Under the pieces are notes generated by a model. The model made no database searches. It saw only the letters and a program-made list of their open reading frames with translations, and had not been told where the DNA came from. Shown here one piece after another: positions 24,428-34,188 of a DNA stretch of 47,129 nt. The DNA is from Candidatus Moraniibacteriota bacterium (GTDB lineage Bacteria; Patescibacteriota; Minisyncoccia; Moranbacterales; UBA11712). Positions within the stretch are counted from its first letter, which is position 1. Each line of letters begins with the position of its first letter. A program made the translations under genes and the position numbers. The DNA lies in assembly GCA_026396255.1 (NCBI GenBank), contig JAPLXD010000011.1:1-47129 (forward strand), given 5' to 3'.

Positions 24428-24455
24428 CAAAGGCGCCCCAAGCGGAGCGTCTTTG
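24428..24455. terminator. Bidirectional intrinsic terminator between the micro-ORF and prmC
   Basis: caaaggcgc-10 nt loop-gcgtctttg. T-rich sequence follows on both strands. Confidence 0.6.
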
Positions 24456-24473
24456 TGTTATTTCGTGTTTGTT

Positions 24474-25358
24474 TCAAAAGGACAGCTCGGCCATCCGCCA
24501 TTTTCCGGCCAGGTCTTTGAAGAATTCGGACTTGGCTTTCGGCAGATATCTGGTGATAATACGGCTTATTTCAGACTTTTGCTCGGGACTAAACTCCACG
24601 AAGCATATAACATGTAACATGTAACATTTATAGGAAAGATATCGTAGCTGTTTGAAAAAATCTTTATAGTGATTTAGCCCATTGTTTTCGCTGATCAATG
24701 CGTTTTTTGGTTCGAATTTCAAATTGTTTTTATTGACATGATAAATTTTCGAAGAAACGTAAGGAAGATTGGCAATGATCAAAATATTTTTTATTTTTTT
24801 ATTTTTCTCCGCCAAAAGCGGAAAATATTCCAAAAGATCTGATTGGATAAATTTTATATTTTTATCAGTTTTATTTTTTTTGGCATTCTTCTTTGCGACT
24901 TCTAAGGATTTTTTCGAGATATCAACTGCGTAAAAGTTTATTTTATTTTTAATTTTATTGGGAATATTTTTTGCAATTGAAACAATTATATTTCCTGATC
25001 CGGTGCCGACGTCGATGATAACATCCGGCATACCACATTTAGTATTTAGGATTCTTTCAATAGCATGTTCAACCAGCAGCTCCGTTTCCGGTCGAGGAAT
25101 CAAAACATTTTTGTTGACAACAAAATCCAATCCGAAAAATTCTTTTTTCCCGGCGATGTATGCAATCGGTTCGCTGGCAGACCTTCTTTTGGCAAATGAA
25201 TGATATTTTTTGATCTGCGCGGGTGAGAGTTTCTTTTCCGGGTGCGCCAGAATATAAACTTTTGGCATATTTCCCGCCAAAGACAAAATAATCTCCGCAT
25301 CAAGAGGAGATAATTTGTATTTCGAACAAGCTTTGCGCAAAGTTTCTTGGATTGTCAT
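24474..25358 (-). CDS. prmC: Release-factor glutamine N5-methyltransferase
   Basis: [11 protein letters not shown] (SAM motif I), IIANLPYV (NPPY-type motif IV). Overlaps prfA by 4 nt. Confidence 0.85.
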   Translation of the reverse strand: MTIQETLRKACSKYKLSPLDAEIILSLAGNMPKVYILAHPEKKLSPAQIKKYHSFAKRRSASEPIAYIAGKKEFFGLDFVVNKNVLIPRPETELLVEHAIERILNTKCGMPDVIIDVGTGSGNIIVSIAKNIPNKIKNKINFYAVDISKKSLEVAKKNAKKNKTDKNIKFIQSDLLEYFPLLAEKNKKIKNILIIANLPYVSSKIYHVNKNNLKFEPKNALISENNGLNHYKDFFKQLRYLSYKCYMLHVICFVEFSPEQKSEISRIITRYLPKAKSEFFKDLAGKWRMAELSF

Positions 25359-26416
25359 GCCGATATTTTTCGCTTCAAATCTTCATCCTCCAGCGCGTTG
25401 AGTATCTTATCGAGATCTCCATCAAGAATTCCTCCGATATTGCTCCAGCTTTCTTTGATCCGGTGATCAGTGATCCGGTCTTGTGGAAAATTATAGGTTC
25501 GGATTTTTTCCGACCGGTCGCCGGTTCCAATCTGGCTTTTTCGCGCAGCGCCCAATTCCTTCATCCTTTTTTCTTCTTGTTCGGCCAAAATGCGGGAACG
25601 CAAAACCTTCATCGCTTTTTCTTTGTTTTTGATCTGCGATTTTTGGTCTTGGCAAGAAACGACGGTTCCGGTCGGGATATGGGTGATGCGCACGGCGCTA
25701 TAGGTCGTGTTGACGCTCTGTCCGCCCGGTCCTGACGAGCAGAAAGTGTCAATGCGCAAATCCTTTGGATTGATATCGAGATCCACCTCCTCGGCTTCAG
25801 GCAGAACAGCCACGGTGGCGGTGGAAGTATGAACTCTGCCCATCTTTTCGGTTTCCGGCACTCTTTGCACGCGATGGACGCCGGATTCATATTTCATTTT
25901 TCCGAAAACGTTTTTACCTTCAATGCCGGCGATCACTTCCTTGAAGCCGCCGATTGAATTTGGACTTGAGTTCAAGATGCCAGCCTTCCAGCCATTCTTT
26001 TCCGCATAGCGCAGATACATTTTCAAAAGCTCGGCCGCGAAAAGAGCTGATTCGTCTCCGCCCGCTCCGGCCCGGATTTCCACGATGACGTTTCGGCTAT
26101 CGTGCGGATCACGCGGCACAATCATTTTCTGGAGTTCGTCTTCAAGTTCTTCTTTATTTTTTGATAATTTCAAGTTTTCTTCCATGGCCATTTCTTTGAG
26201 TTCCGCCTCTGCATCACTGTTCACGATTTCGGCGTTTTCGCGCATATTTTTTCCCATCTTCTCAAGCTCTGCGATTTTCGCAATCGTTTCTTCCAGTTCC
26301 GCCATCCTTTTCCCGATGGTTTTCATTTTCTGCGAATCTAAAACCACTTCGGGATTTTCCATCTCGGTTTTCAGTTCGCTATATTCATTTTTAATTGCGT
26401 CCAGCTGATTTTTCAT
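25355..26416 (-). CDS. prfA: Peptide chain release factor 1
   Basis: [17 protein letters not shown] (PxT tripeptide, RF1 type), [11 protein letters not shown] (GGQ). The start is taken at MKNQLDAIK (ATG 26416) rather than the upstream ORF-track start. Confidence 0.93.
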   Translation of the reverse strand: MKNQLDAIKNEYSELKTEMENPEVVLDSQKMKTIGKRMAELEETIAKIAELEKMGKNMRENAEIVNSDAEAELKEMAMEENLKLSKNKEELEDELQKMIVPRDPHDSRNVIVEIRAGAGGDESALFAAELLKMYLRYAEKNGWKAGILNSSPNSIGGFKEVIAGIEGKNVFGKMKYESGVHRVQRVPETEKMGRVHTSTATVAVLPEAEEVDLDINPKDLRIDTFCSSGPGGQSVNTTYSAVRITHIPTGTVVSCQDQKSQIKNKEKAMKVLRSRILAEQEEKRMKELGAARKSQIGTGDRSEKIRTYNFPQDRITDHRIKESWSNIGGILDGDLDKILNALEDEDLKRKISA

Positions 26417-26508
26417 ATGGCTAGTCTTTATAATCGCAAAGAAAGAGGTCTTTGTCAAAAAAGACCGCACTTTGCGGCCTTTTAATCTGTACGGAATATT
26501 TACAAGGA

Positions 26509-26853
26509 TTATTTTGCAGTCTTGGCTGTCTTTTTCTTCAAAACCTTTTTCTTGGTAACGGCTTTAGCAGGCTTGACTGCCGGTTTTTCCGCTTTGACTG
26601 CCGGTTTTTTCTTCTTTTCAGCTCTTTCCACTTTATCCGCCGCTATTTGTTCGCTTTTTTCCATCCGCTTCTTGAAGCGGTCGACGCGGCCGGTCGAGTC
26701 AGCAAGGCGCTTTTTGCCGGTGTAAAAAGGATGGCAGGCGCTGCAGACCTCGACTTTCATCTCCTCTTTCACGGAACCGGTCGTAATCATATTTCCGCAG
26801 GCGCAGATGATCTTGGCTTTTGAGAAGTATTTCGGGTGGATATCTTTTTTCAT
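26509..26853 (-). CDS. rpmE: 50S ribosomal protein L31 (Cys-containing type) with a Lys/Pro/Ala-rich C-terminal extension
   Basis: [10 protein letters not shown]...CACGN...[11 protein letters not shown]. The tail contains the [14 protein letters not shown] 21-nt tandem duplication (about 26570-26611). Confidence 0.9.
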   Translation of the reverse strand: MKKDIHPKYFSKAKIICACGNMITTGSVKEEMKVEVCSACHPFYTGKKRLADSTGRVDRFKKRMEKSEQIAADKVERAEKKKKPAVKAEKPAVKPAKAVTKKKVLKKKTAKTAK

Positions 26854-26907
26854 AAGATCTAAAATAATATTAAATTTACCTATAAATCCTAGCATAACAT
26901 TCAATAA

Positions 26908-26936
26908 TTGACAAGCCCTTGCCCTCCTGCTACACT
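26908..26936 (+). promoter_or_regulatory. Candidate promoter of rpsB-tsf
   Basis: TTGACA-17 nt-TACACT, leaving a ~90-nt leader before rpsB. Confidence 0.45.
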
Positions 26937-27032
26937 ATATATCGTTATCAAACATATCTCCCAGAGGCAAATCCTTGTCCTCGCCTAGCGGGGTAATCCG
27001 GGAGGTAGAAGTAAATAATTAAAGGAAAAACA

Positions 27033-27839
27033 ATGCAAAATAGTGAAAAGACCCCCGTGGTCGGGGAAAAAACGGAGGGCGAGAAATCGGCCGCTTTTTC
27101 GTATGAAAACCTGGAACTCAACATCGCCGAAATGCTCAAGGCCGGCGTCCATTTTGGTCACAAAAGTTCGCGCTGGAACCCGAAAATGAAGGAATATGTT
27201 TTCGGCGTGAAAAACAACATTCATATCATCGATCTTGAGAAAACAATTGATAAGTTTCAAAAAGCTCTGGATTTTCTAAACTCGACAGTTGAGAACGGCG
27301 GAAAAATACTTTTCATCGGAACAAAGCCCCAGGCTCGTCAGTTGGTTGAAGAAGTCTCGAATATTCTCGATATGCCGTATGTCAAGAACCGCTGGTTGGG
27401 AGGAACCTTTACAAACTACAGTGAGATCAAGCGCCGGATCAAATATCTAAACGATCAGGAGCACCTTTTGGAAAGTGATGAACTCAAGAAATACACCAAA
27501 TATGAACAAAGCCGGATCCGGAAAGAAATTGTCCGGATGAATGAGAAAATGGGAGGAATAAAGAAAATGGACAAACTTCCGCAGGCGGTCTTCGTGATAG
27601 ACATCAAAGAGAACGCCCTGGCTGTGAAAGAAGCCCAACGGGCCGGAATTCCGACAGTTGCCCTCACGGACACGAATACCGATCCGACACTGGTCGACTA
27701 TCCGATTCCGGCCAACGACGATGCCCTTTCCGCCCTGAAATATCTCCTGGGAATTGTGGCGAAGAATGTCGCGGAAGCAAAGAAGAAGATAAAAATAGAA
27801 AAGCCGGAAAAAGCGGAGATTAAACAAAATGTTAAATAA
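27033..27839 (+). CDS. rpsB: 30S ribosomal protein S2
   Basis: MLKAGVHFGHKSSRWNPKM, HIIDLEKT, ILFIGTK, VFVIDIKENALAVKEAQRAGIPTVALTDTN. Confidence 0.95.
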   Translation: MQNSEKTPVVGEKTEGEKSAAFSYENLELNIAEMLKAGVHFGHKSSRWNPKMKEYVFGVKNNIHIIDLEKTIDKFQKALDFLNSTVENGGKILFIGTKPQARQLVEEVSNILDMPYVKNRWLGGTFTNYSEIKRRIKYLNDQEHLLESDELKKYTKYEQSRIRKEIVRMNEKMGGIKKMDKLPQAVFVIDIKENALAVKEAQRAGIPTVALTDTNTDPTLVDYPIPANDDALSALKYLLGIVAKNVAEAKKKIKIEKPEKAEIKQNVK

Positions 27840-27846
27840 CAAAAAA

Positions 27847-28464
27847 ATGACTGACATTAAAATATCCGCCGATCTCGTGAAGGAGTTGCGCGAAAAAACC
27901 GGAGCGAGCATCATGGAATGCCGGAGCGCTCTTGTTGAAGCGGAAGGCGACCTCGAAAAGGCCGTGGAAAATCTTCGGAAACGCGGCAAAGAAAAAGCTG
28001 CCAAAAAGGCCGACCGGGCAACCTCAGAAGGCGTGGTCGTTTCCTATATCCACAGCAACAAGAAAATAGGCGCGATGGTTGAATTGCTCTGCGAGACTGA
28101 TTTCGTCGCGAAAAATTCTGAATTCCAAGAACTAGCCTATGACCTGGCGATGCATATCGCCGCGACCAATCCGAAACATATTTCTTTTGAAAATGTGGAT
28201 GAAAAGGAGAAGTCGGAATATGAAAAATTCACGAGAGAAAAATTCGCCAGCGAACCTGCCTCTTCGGCAGGCAAGAACAAGCCAGCAGAGCTGATCGATA
28301 AGATCGTGAAAGGGAAGACCAAAAAGCATTTTGATGAAATCTCGCTTTTGAGTCAACCGTTCGTCAAGAATCCGGATACAACAGTTGAAGACCTGATCAA
28401 AGAAAAGATCGCCAAAATTGGTGAAAATATCCAGGTGGGAAATTTCGTGAGATTTGAGATTTAA
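27847..28464 (+). CDS. tsf: Elongation factor Ts (short form)
   Basis: ISADLVKELREKTGASIMECRSALVEAEGDLEKAVENLRKRG, LLCETDFVAKN. Confidence 0.9.
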   Translation: MTDIKISADLVKELREKTGASIMECRSALVEAEGDLEKAVENLRKRGKEKAAKKADRATSEGVVVSYIHSNKKIGAMVELLCETDFVAKNSEFQELAYDLAMHIAATNPKHISFENVDEKEKSEYEKFTREKFASEPASSAGKNKPAELIDKIVKGKTKKHFDEISLLSQPFVKNPDTTVEDLIKEKIAKIGENIQVGNFVRFEI

Positions 28465-28467
28465 TCA

Positions 28468-29271
28468 ATGCTGCAAACTGTTTTTCTCAAAATACGCCGT
28501 TGGGAAAGTTCCCGTCCGGTCAAATGCGCCCAAGCGCTCGAAACGGGTGATATCGTTATTGTGGAAACGGAAGACGGCCTCGATTCAGCAATTGTTGAAA
28601 AAGTCAGGAACGAGAATGAGAAAAGCCAATCCGCCGGTTCTCAAAATGAACCAGTCGGGATCAAGTTTGTCCGCAAGGCCAATTTGAGAGATTTGAATGT
28701 CATCAAGGAACACAGACAGAAAGAGGCGGAAACCCTCAAGATATGCATCCAGGAAGCGAAAAAAAGCGATTTGCCGATGAAGATTGTTGGAGCGTCGTAT
28801 TCCTTCGACGGAGGAATCATCTCGTTTGCTTTCATTGCTGATGGAAGAGTTGATTTTCGGGAGCTGGTGAAAACTCTCTCAAAAAATTTTCAACGGTCGA
28901 TCCGCTTGCACCAGATCGGTGCCCGCGACGAGGCCCGGAGCAGCGGGGGATACGGGATCTGCGGGCGGGAGCTGTGCTGCATCCGCTTCAGCGACAATCT
29001 GCCAAGCATCAGCTCGGAAATGGCCAAGTCGCAGCATATCGTGCGGCGCGGATCGGACAGGATTTCCGGCCTTTGCGGAAGATTGATGTGTTGTCTGGCG
29101 TTTGAAGCCGAACAATATCAGGAAATGCTCAAGAAAATGCCGGCCATCGGGTCGGAGATAAAGACGGCTGAAGGAAAAGGCGTTGTGAAAAAAGTGAATG
29201 TCCTTTCGGATGTCATTCTTGTGGAATTGGCCGACGGAAAATATGTGAATATTTCAACAAAGGATATTTGA
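28468..29271 (+). CDS. PSP1-domain protein (RicT/YaaT-like)
   Basis: The Cys cluster ICGRELCCIRF ... GLCGRLMCCLAFE is typical of PSP1 C-terminal domain proteins. Confidence 0.75.
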   Translation: MLQTVFLKIRRWESSRPVKCAQALETGDIVIVETEDGLDSAIVEKVRNENEKSQSAGSQNEPVGIKFVRKANLRDLNVIKEHRQKEAETLKICIQEAKKSDLPMKIVGASYSFDGGIISFAFIADGRVDFRELVKTLSKNFQRSIRLHQIGARDEARSSGGYGICGRELCCIRFSDNLPSISSEMAKSQHIVRRGSDRISGLCGRLMCCLAFEAEQYQEMLKKMPAIGSEIKTAEGKGVVKKVNVLSDVILVELADGKYVNISTKDI

Positions 29272-29290
29272 TTAATTTATTGTCACCCAT

Positions 29291-30037
29291 ATGTTTTGGA
29301 TCTATGTCCCACCCATCATCCTAGTCGTCGCGCTTGCCTCACTGGCCGTGATGCTTGGCCGCAAGTCGGCTGATCTCAAAAAGATCAAGCCTTTCCGTCC
29401 GCAGCCAGACGTCACGGAAGAAAAAGTCAGTTTGTCTCGATTCGGCTCGCCTAGCCGCGAGGCTGGCGAAGCGGGTTGGAAAAAACGCCTGAACTTCATC
29501 GGCCGGAAAACATTGCACGTTCTGGAAAAAATATTGGATTTGTCAAAAATGGCCTTCAAAAAGACCGAACAAATATTCTCAATCTGGGCGGCGAAATTGC
29601 GTGCCAGGAGAAAAGGAAAGAAGTTTGAGGAAATCGCTCCCGGCAACTTTCCAAAAGAACCGGATGAAGCCAGTATTCTGGAAGAGCTTGAAAAGAACGA
29701 AGAGATTTCCGCAAGTCTGACAGAAAAAAGTGAGAATATTGGATATGCCGGAAGCGAAATGGTTGTTCGTCGCAGAATTCATGAAGAGCCGGTCGTCATT
29801 CCCAAGAAAGAACCACTTCCGGAAGACAGAGTCCGGGAAGCCGCCCTCATCTATCGCATCGCGGAAAATCCGAAAGACCTCGAAGCCTATCACGAAATCG
29901 GGGACTATTATATGGGAATCGGCAATATTAAAGACGCCAAGGAATCATTCAAGATGGTTTTAAAACTTCGTCCCCGCGATCTCAAAGCCAAAAGCAGCCT
30001 GCGGGAAATCGAGATGAAAATGCGGTTGGGCAGCTAG
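29291..30037 (+). CDS. Membrane-anchored TPR-repeat protein
   Basis: N-terminal TM. C-terminal TPR-like YHEIGDYYMGIGNIKDAKESFKMVLKLRPRDLKA. Confidence 0.6.
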   Translation: MFWIYVPPIILVVALASLAVMLGRKSADLKKIKPFRPQPDVTEEKVSLSRFGSPSREAGEAGWKKRLNFIGRKTLHVLEKILDLSKMAFKKTEQIFSIWAAKLRARRKGKKFEEIAPGNFPKEPDEASILEELEKNEEISASLTEKSENIGYAGSEMVVRRRIHEEPVVIPKKEPLPEDRVREAALIYRIAENPKDLEAYHEIGDYYMGIGNIKDAKESFKMVLKLRPRDLKAKSSLREIEMKMRLGS

Positions 30038-30045
30038 TAAGGTAT

Positions 30046-30117
30046 GCCGGGATAGCTCAATGGCAGAGCAACTGTTTTGTAAACAGTAGGTTGGGGGTTC
30101 GACTCCTCTTCCCGGCT
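30046..30117 (+). tRNA. tRNA-Thr (anticodon UGU)
   Basis: Acceptor gccggga/tcccggc. Anticodon stem actgt/acagt with loop uuUGUaa. T-arm ggggg-ttcgact-cctct. Short variable loop. CCA is not encoded. Confidence 0.88.
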
Positions 30118-30131
30118 CGGAAAATAAAATT

Positions 30132-30506
30132 ATGCCAAAGATTACACTGGGAATAAAAAAATTATTGGAAATAAATGCGGTTGGATTTTCTACTGTTGAT
30201 AAAAACAACAATCCGCATTCGATTGCTGTTGCTTCAGTGAAAGTTTTTCAGAACAATATTATCATAAGTAATATTAATATAAAAGAATCAATCAAAAATA
30301 TTGAAAAAAATAACAATATTGCAATTGTCATTTGGAATAAGGAGTGGGAAACGGCTCGTGTTGGTTTTGAGCTAAAAGGAAAAGCAAAAAATTATACATC
30401 TGGAAAGTGGTTTGATTTTGTGAAGAAAATGCCAGAAAATGAAGGTTATAAAGTTAAAAGCGCTATCGTTGTAAAAATTGAAAAAATAAAGAAATTAATA
30501 TCATAA
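30132..30506 (+). CDS. Pyridoxamine-5'-phosphate-oxidase-like (FMN-binding split-barrel) small protein (tentative)
   Basis: 124 aa and AT-rich. The pattern INAVGFSTVDKNNNPHSIAVASVKV ... IAIVIWNKE ... GFELKGKA resembles PNPOx-like split-barrel proteins. Not verified by search. Confidence 0.45.
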   Translation: MPKITLGIKKLLEINAVGFSTVDKNNNPHSIAVASVKVFQNNIIISNINIKESIKNIEKNNNIAIVIWNKEWETARVGFELKGKAKNYTSGKWFDFVKKMPENEGYKVKSAIVVKIEKIKKLIS

Positions 30507-30510
30507 ATTC

Positions 30511-30593
30511 GGGCAGGTACCAAAGCGGTTAACTGGGCGTGACTGTAAATCACGTGGTTTCGGCCTACGGGGGTTCGAATCCCTCCCTGCCCA
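30511..30593 (+). tRNA. tRNA-Tyr (anticodon GUA)
   Basis: Acceptor gggcagg/cctgccc. Anticodon stem cgtga/tcacg with loop cuGUAaa. Long variable arm tggtttcggcctac. T-arm ggggg-ttcgaat-ccctc. Confidence 0.9.
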
Positions 30594-30651
30594 CAATGAA
30601 AAAAGTCTACTGGCTGGACTTTTTTTGTTTTTTGTCATATATTTATAATGT

Positions 30652-31674
30652 ATGCTACCGAAAAAAATTGAGGAAATAAAAGCAAAAGCCATTTCTGAAA
30701 TCAAAAAAACCGCTTCGGATCGGGCGCTTTTTGACGTGAAGGTGAAGTATCTGGGCCGAAAGGGAAAATTGACGAAAATTTTGAAAGGCCTCAAAAATTT
30801 GAGTGAAAAGGAAAGAAAATCCGTCGGACCGCTGGCCAATCAGACAAGGCAGGAAATAGAAAAAGCGATTGCGAATCGCAAAAAAGAAATTTCCGGAAAA
30901 ATAGACTGGGGAAAAGAGAAGATTGACATCACTCTGCCCGGAAAAAAACAAGAACTCGGCCATTTGAGCCCGATCACTTTGGTGAATCGGGAAGCAGAGC
31001 AAATTTTTTCCTCCATGGGATTCGGAATTGCGGACGGACCGGAAATGGAAACAGATTTTTATAATTTCGATTCTCTGAATATTCCAAAAGACCATCCCGC
31101 GCGGGATGTGATGGATACTTTTCGGGTGAAAACAAAAAACAACGATTTGCTTCTTCGTACACATGTGAGTGCGATCCAGGTTCGTTATATGGAAAAACAC
31201 AAACCGCCGTTTCGAGTGATTATGCCGGGCAGGGTTTTTCGAAATGAAGCCACGGACTCTTCTCATGGACATACCTTCTATCAATTGGACGGGATGATGG
31301 TTGGCAAAGATGTGTCAGCCGCCAACTATTATGCCTTGATTGACGAATTTTTGAAGAAATTCTTTGAAAGAGACATCAAAACCAGAATGCGTCCCAGTTT
31401 TTTTCCATTTACTGAACCTAGTTTTGAGATTGATTTTGAATGCTTGCTTTGCAGCGGCAAGGGTTGTTCGGTTTGCAAGCAATCCGGCTGGGTGGAAATC
31501 ATCCCCGGAGGGATGATCAATCAAAATGTTTTGGTGGCGGCAGGCTATCCGCGAAACAAATATCAAGGCTGCGCTTGGGATATTGGAATTTCTCGCCTCG
31601 CGATGATGAAATATAAAATTGACCATATTCATTTGTTTCACGAAGGAGATTTGAGATTTATAAAGCAATTCTAA
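30652..31674 (+). CDS. pheS: Phenylalanine--tRNA ligase alpha subunit
   Basis: HPARDVMDTF, LLRTHVSAIQVRYM, GRVFRNEATDSSHGHTFYQLDG, FPFTEPS. Class II motifs 1-3. Confidence 0.93.
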   Translation: MLPKKIEEIKAKAISEIKKTASDRALFDVKVKYLGRKGKLTKILKGLKNLSEKERKSVGPLANQTRQEIEKAIANRKKEISGKIDWGKEKIDITLPGKKQELGHLSPITLVNREAEQIFSSMGFGIADGPEMETDFYNFDSLNIPKDHPARDVMDTFRVKTKNNDLLLRTHVSAIQVRYMEKHKPPFRVIMPGRVFRNEATDSSHGHTFYQLDGMMVGKDVSAANYYALIDEFLKKFFERDIKTRMRPSFFPFTEPSFEIDFECLLCSGKGCSVCKQSGWVEIIPGGMINQNVLVAAGYPRNKYQGCAWDIGISRLAMMKYKIDHIHLFHEGDLRFIKQF

Positions 31675-31675
31675 T

Positions 31676-33718
31676 ATGAAATACTCTTATACTTGGCTCA
31701 AAGAACTTTCCGGAACGAAATTATCGCCTGAAAAACTGGCGGATCTTTTGACCATGCATTCTTTCGAGTTCGAAGAGATGAAAAAAGAAGGCAATGAAAC
31801 GCAGATGGTTTTTGATATTCTCGCTAATCGTGGACATGATGCGCTGTCGCATATCGGCATGGCGCGGGAAATTTGCGCGGTGGAAGGACGGAAGTTTGCA
31901 AATGGAGATTCGATCTCCATTCGGGAGATCGAATCTCCAAGCCGTCGTTTGAAAATCGAAATCAAAGACTCGCCTCGCTCTAGCTCCGGCGGAGCGGGCA
32001 AAAAGCTTTGCTGGAGATATATCGGAGCGGTGATTGAAAATATAAAAGTTGCGCCCTCGCCGAAATGGATGCAGGAAAGGCTCTTGGTTTCCGGCGTGAA
32101 GCCGATCAATAATATTGTTGATATCACGAATTATGTGATGCTGGAAACGGGGCAGCCCCTGCACGCTTTTGATGCAAGTAAAACTACGGGAAATATAATT
32201 GTCAGACGTGCCAAGAAGGGCGAGAAACTCAAATTACTGGATGAAAAAGAATATGAACTGGGTGAAAGTGATCTTGTGATTGCCGACTCCCAAAAAGCCT
32301 TGGCGTTGGCCGGGGTGATGGGCGGGATAGAATCAAGTGTAACTAGAAAAACTAAAAAAATAATCCTCGAATCGGCCAATTTCAATTCGACCAATATCCG
32401 AAAGACAAGGACGGCGCACAACGTCATCACCGAATCATCCTATCGTTTTGAGCGCGACATTGACCCGAATCTCGCGGAAATCGGCGCCGCGCGGGCTATT
32501 GAACTCTTGCAAAAATATGGGGGAAATGATGTGAAACTAGCCGCATATACTGATGTATATCCGAAAAAATTGAAGTCGTGGCAGATAAAATTAAGCGCCG
32601 ATTATGTGAATAGTCTTTTGGGTGAAAAAGTTCCGGTTTCCAGAATTAAAAATATTCTCGAAAATCTCGGCCTTGGCGTGAAAATTTCGAAAAATATATT
32701 GAATTGCGAAATTCCGACCCGCCGCCTTGATCTCAAAACTCAGGAAGATTTGATTGAAGAAATCGGCCGGATATATGGATACGAAAATATTTCCGCCAAA
32801 GCCCCGTGCGTTGAACTTCAAACGCCGATGCGGAACGAAAAAAGGATTCTCGAAGACAAACTCCGGGATATTTTGATCGGAAGCGGTTTTTCGGAAGTGA
32901 TGAACTATTCATTCTATAGCCAGAGCGACATCGAAAAATGCGGACTTGGGATTGAGGGACATTTTGAAGTCGCCAACCCGATGAATCCGAACCAACAGTA
33001 TATGCGTCGCTCGATGATCCCCAACCTCTTGAAAAATATAGAATTAAACTTGAAGCATTTTGATAAAATAAATATTTTCGAAATTGGGCGGAAATATAGA
33101 GATGAGAAAAAATCATCACCAACAGAATTATCAATCTTGACCGGTGTACTTGCGGACACAAAGAATGAAAATCCTTTTTTCAATCTCAAAGGCGTCATCG
33201 AGGCTATATCCGAAAGACTTGGGTGCACTTCAAGCTATGAGATTCACAAGCCAAAATATACAGCCTGGCATGCCGGACGTGTCGCTGAAATATTCATCAA
33301 GGGTGAAAAAGTGGGGAAAATTGGGGAAATAAATCCATTGGTTTGTAAACGCTATGGCATCCAATCACGTGTTGCCTTGTTTGGAATATCTATTGCTAAA
33401 TTGCTTGACGTATCGGCCAAAGAAAAAACATACAGTCCTATTGGCAAATTTCCTTCCGTCAAGCGAGATATCTCGATGTTTGTCGGCGAAAAAACGAAAT
33501 ATGCCGATATTGAATCGAAAATATACCATGCTGGAGGAAAATTGGTGCTGGGCGTCGAACTTTTCGACATCTTTGAAAAAGAAGGCGAGAAAAGCATGGC
33601 TCTGCGCATTGAAATCGGCTCCCGCGAAAAGACTCTGACTTCGGCGGAAATCGACGGGGTGATGAAAAAAATTATATCTAAACTTGAGAAAGATTTGAGG
33701 GTGAAAGTGAGAAAATGA
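31676..33718 (+). CDS. pheT: Phenylalanine--tRNA ligase beta subunit (short, 680 aa)
   Basis: B3/4 domain ITNYVMLETGQPLHAFD. B5 and a C-terminal FDX-ACB-like region (DISMFV...ALRIEIGSREKTLT). Immediately downstream of pheS. Confidence 0.9.
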   Translation: MKYSYTWLKELSGTKLSPEKLADLLTMHSFEFEEMKKEGNETQMVFDILANRGHDALSHIGMAREICAVEGRKFANGDSISIREIESPSRRLKIEIKDSPRSSSGGAGKKLCWRYIGAVIENIKVAPSPKWMQERLLVSGVKPINNIVDITNYVMLETGQPLHAFDASKTTGNIIVRRAKKGEKLKLLDEKEYELGESDLVIADSQKALALAGVMGGIESSVTRKTKKIILESANFNSTNIRKTRTAHNVITESSYRFERDIDPNLAEIGAARAIELLQKYGGNDVKLAAYTDVYPKKLKSWQIKLSADYVNSLLGEKVPVSRIKNILENLGLGVKISKNILNCEIPTRRLDLKTQEDLIEEIGRIYGYENISAKAPCVELQTPMRNEKRILEDKLRDILIGSGFSEVMNYSFYSQSDIEKCGLGIEGHFEVANPMNPNQQYMRRSMIPNLLKNIELNLKHFDKINIFEIGRKYRDEKKSSPTELSILTGVLADTKNENPFFNLKGVIEAISERLGCTSSYEIHKPKYTAWHAGRVAEIFIKGEKVGKIGEINPLVCKRYGIQSRVALFGISIAKLLDVSAKEKTYSPIGKFPSVKRDISMFVGEKTKYADIESKIYHAGGKLVLGVELFDIFEKEGEKSMALRIEIGSREKTLTSAEIDGVMKKIISKLEKDLRVKVRK

Positions 33719-34185
33719 AACATCCCAAACCGACAAAAATTACGACTCTTTGCCTTGTGTATCAACACCCAAAGATACTACTAGGTCTCAAAAAACGCGG
33801 ATTCGGCGAAGGACGCTGGAACGGATACGGTGGAAAAGTGGATCCAGGTGAAACAATTAAAGAAAGCTTGGTTCGGGAAATGCAGGAAGAGTGCGGGCTC
33901 ACACCGACGAAATTTGAAAAACGGGCGACAATGTATTTTGAATTCAAGGGCTATCCGGAAATCATTGAAGTGAATGTATTCGCAATAGACGAATTTGAAG
34001 GCGAACTGATCGAAACGGAAGAGATGAAACCGAAATGGTTTGATATTGATGGCCTCCCTTGGAAAGATATGTGGCCGGATGATCTGCATTGGTATCCCTT
34101 GTTCTTTGCCGGAAAAAAATTCAAAGGCAACTTTCTTTTTGATGGTCAGGACAAGATAATCCGGCATGAGTTGGAAGAAATATAA
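33715..34185 (+). CDS. NUDIX hydrolase (MutT-like)
   Basis: Nudix box GGKVDPGETIKESLVREMQEECGL. Confidence 0.85.
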   Translation: MKHPKPTKITTLCLVYQHPKILLGLKKRGFGEGRWNGYGGKVDPGETIKESLVREMQEECGLTPTKFEKRATMYFEFKGYPEIIEVNVFAIDEFEGELIETEEMKPKWFDIDGLPWKDMWPDDLHWYPLFFAGKKFKGNFLFDGQDKIIRHELEEI

Positions 34186-34188
34186 TCT

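Noticed and set aside
24302-24520. The 72-aa ORF from the track (TTG start) overlapping the micro-ORF region.
   Set aside because: Its start codon lies inside the SD sequence. It reads through the bidirectional terminator and overlaps the 3' end of prmC. The 24-aa frame has the correct SD spacing and stops before the terminator.
24608-24628. A second heptanucleotide repeat (taacatg x2 plus taacatt) inside prmC as a phase-variation site.
   Set aside because: There are only two perfect units, in a housekeeping gene. This is within what AT-rich coding sequence produces by chance.
30644-30654. TATAAT immediately upstream of the pheS ATG as evidence for a leaderless pheS mRNA.
   Set aside because: The hexamer ends only 2 nt before the ATG, too close for a transcription start at the A. 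No acceptable -35 lies at 16-18 nt spacing.
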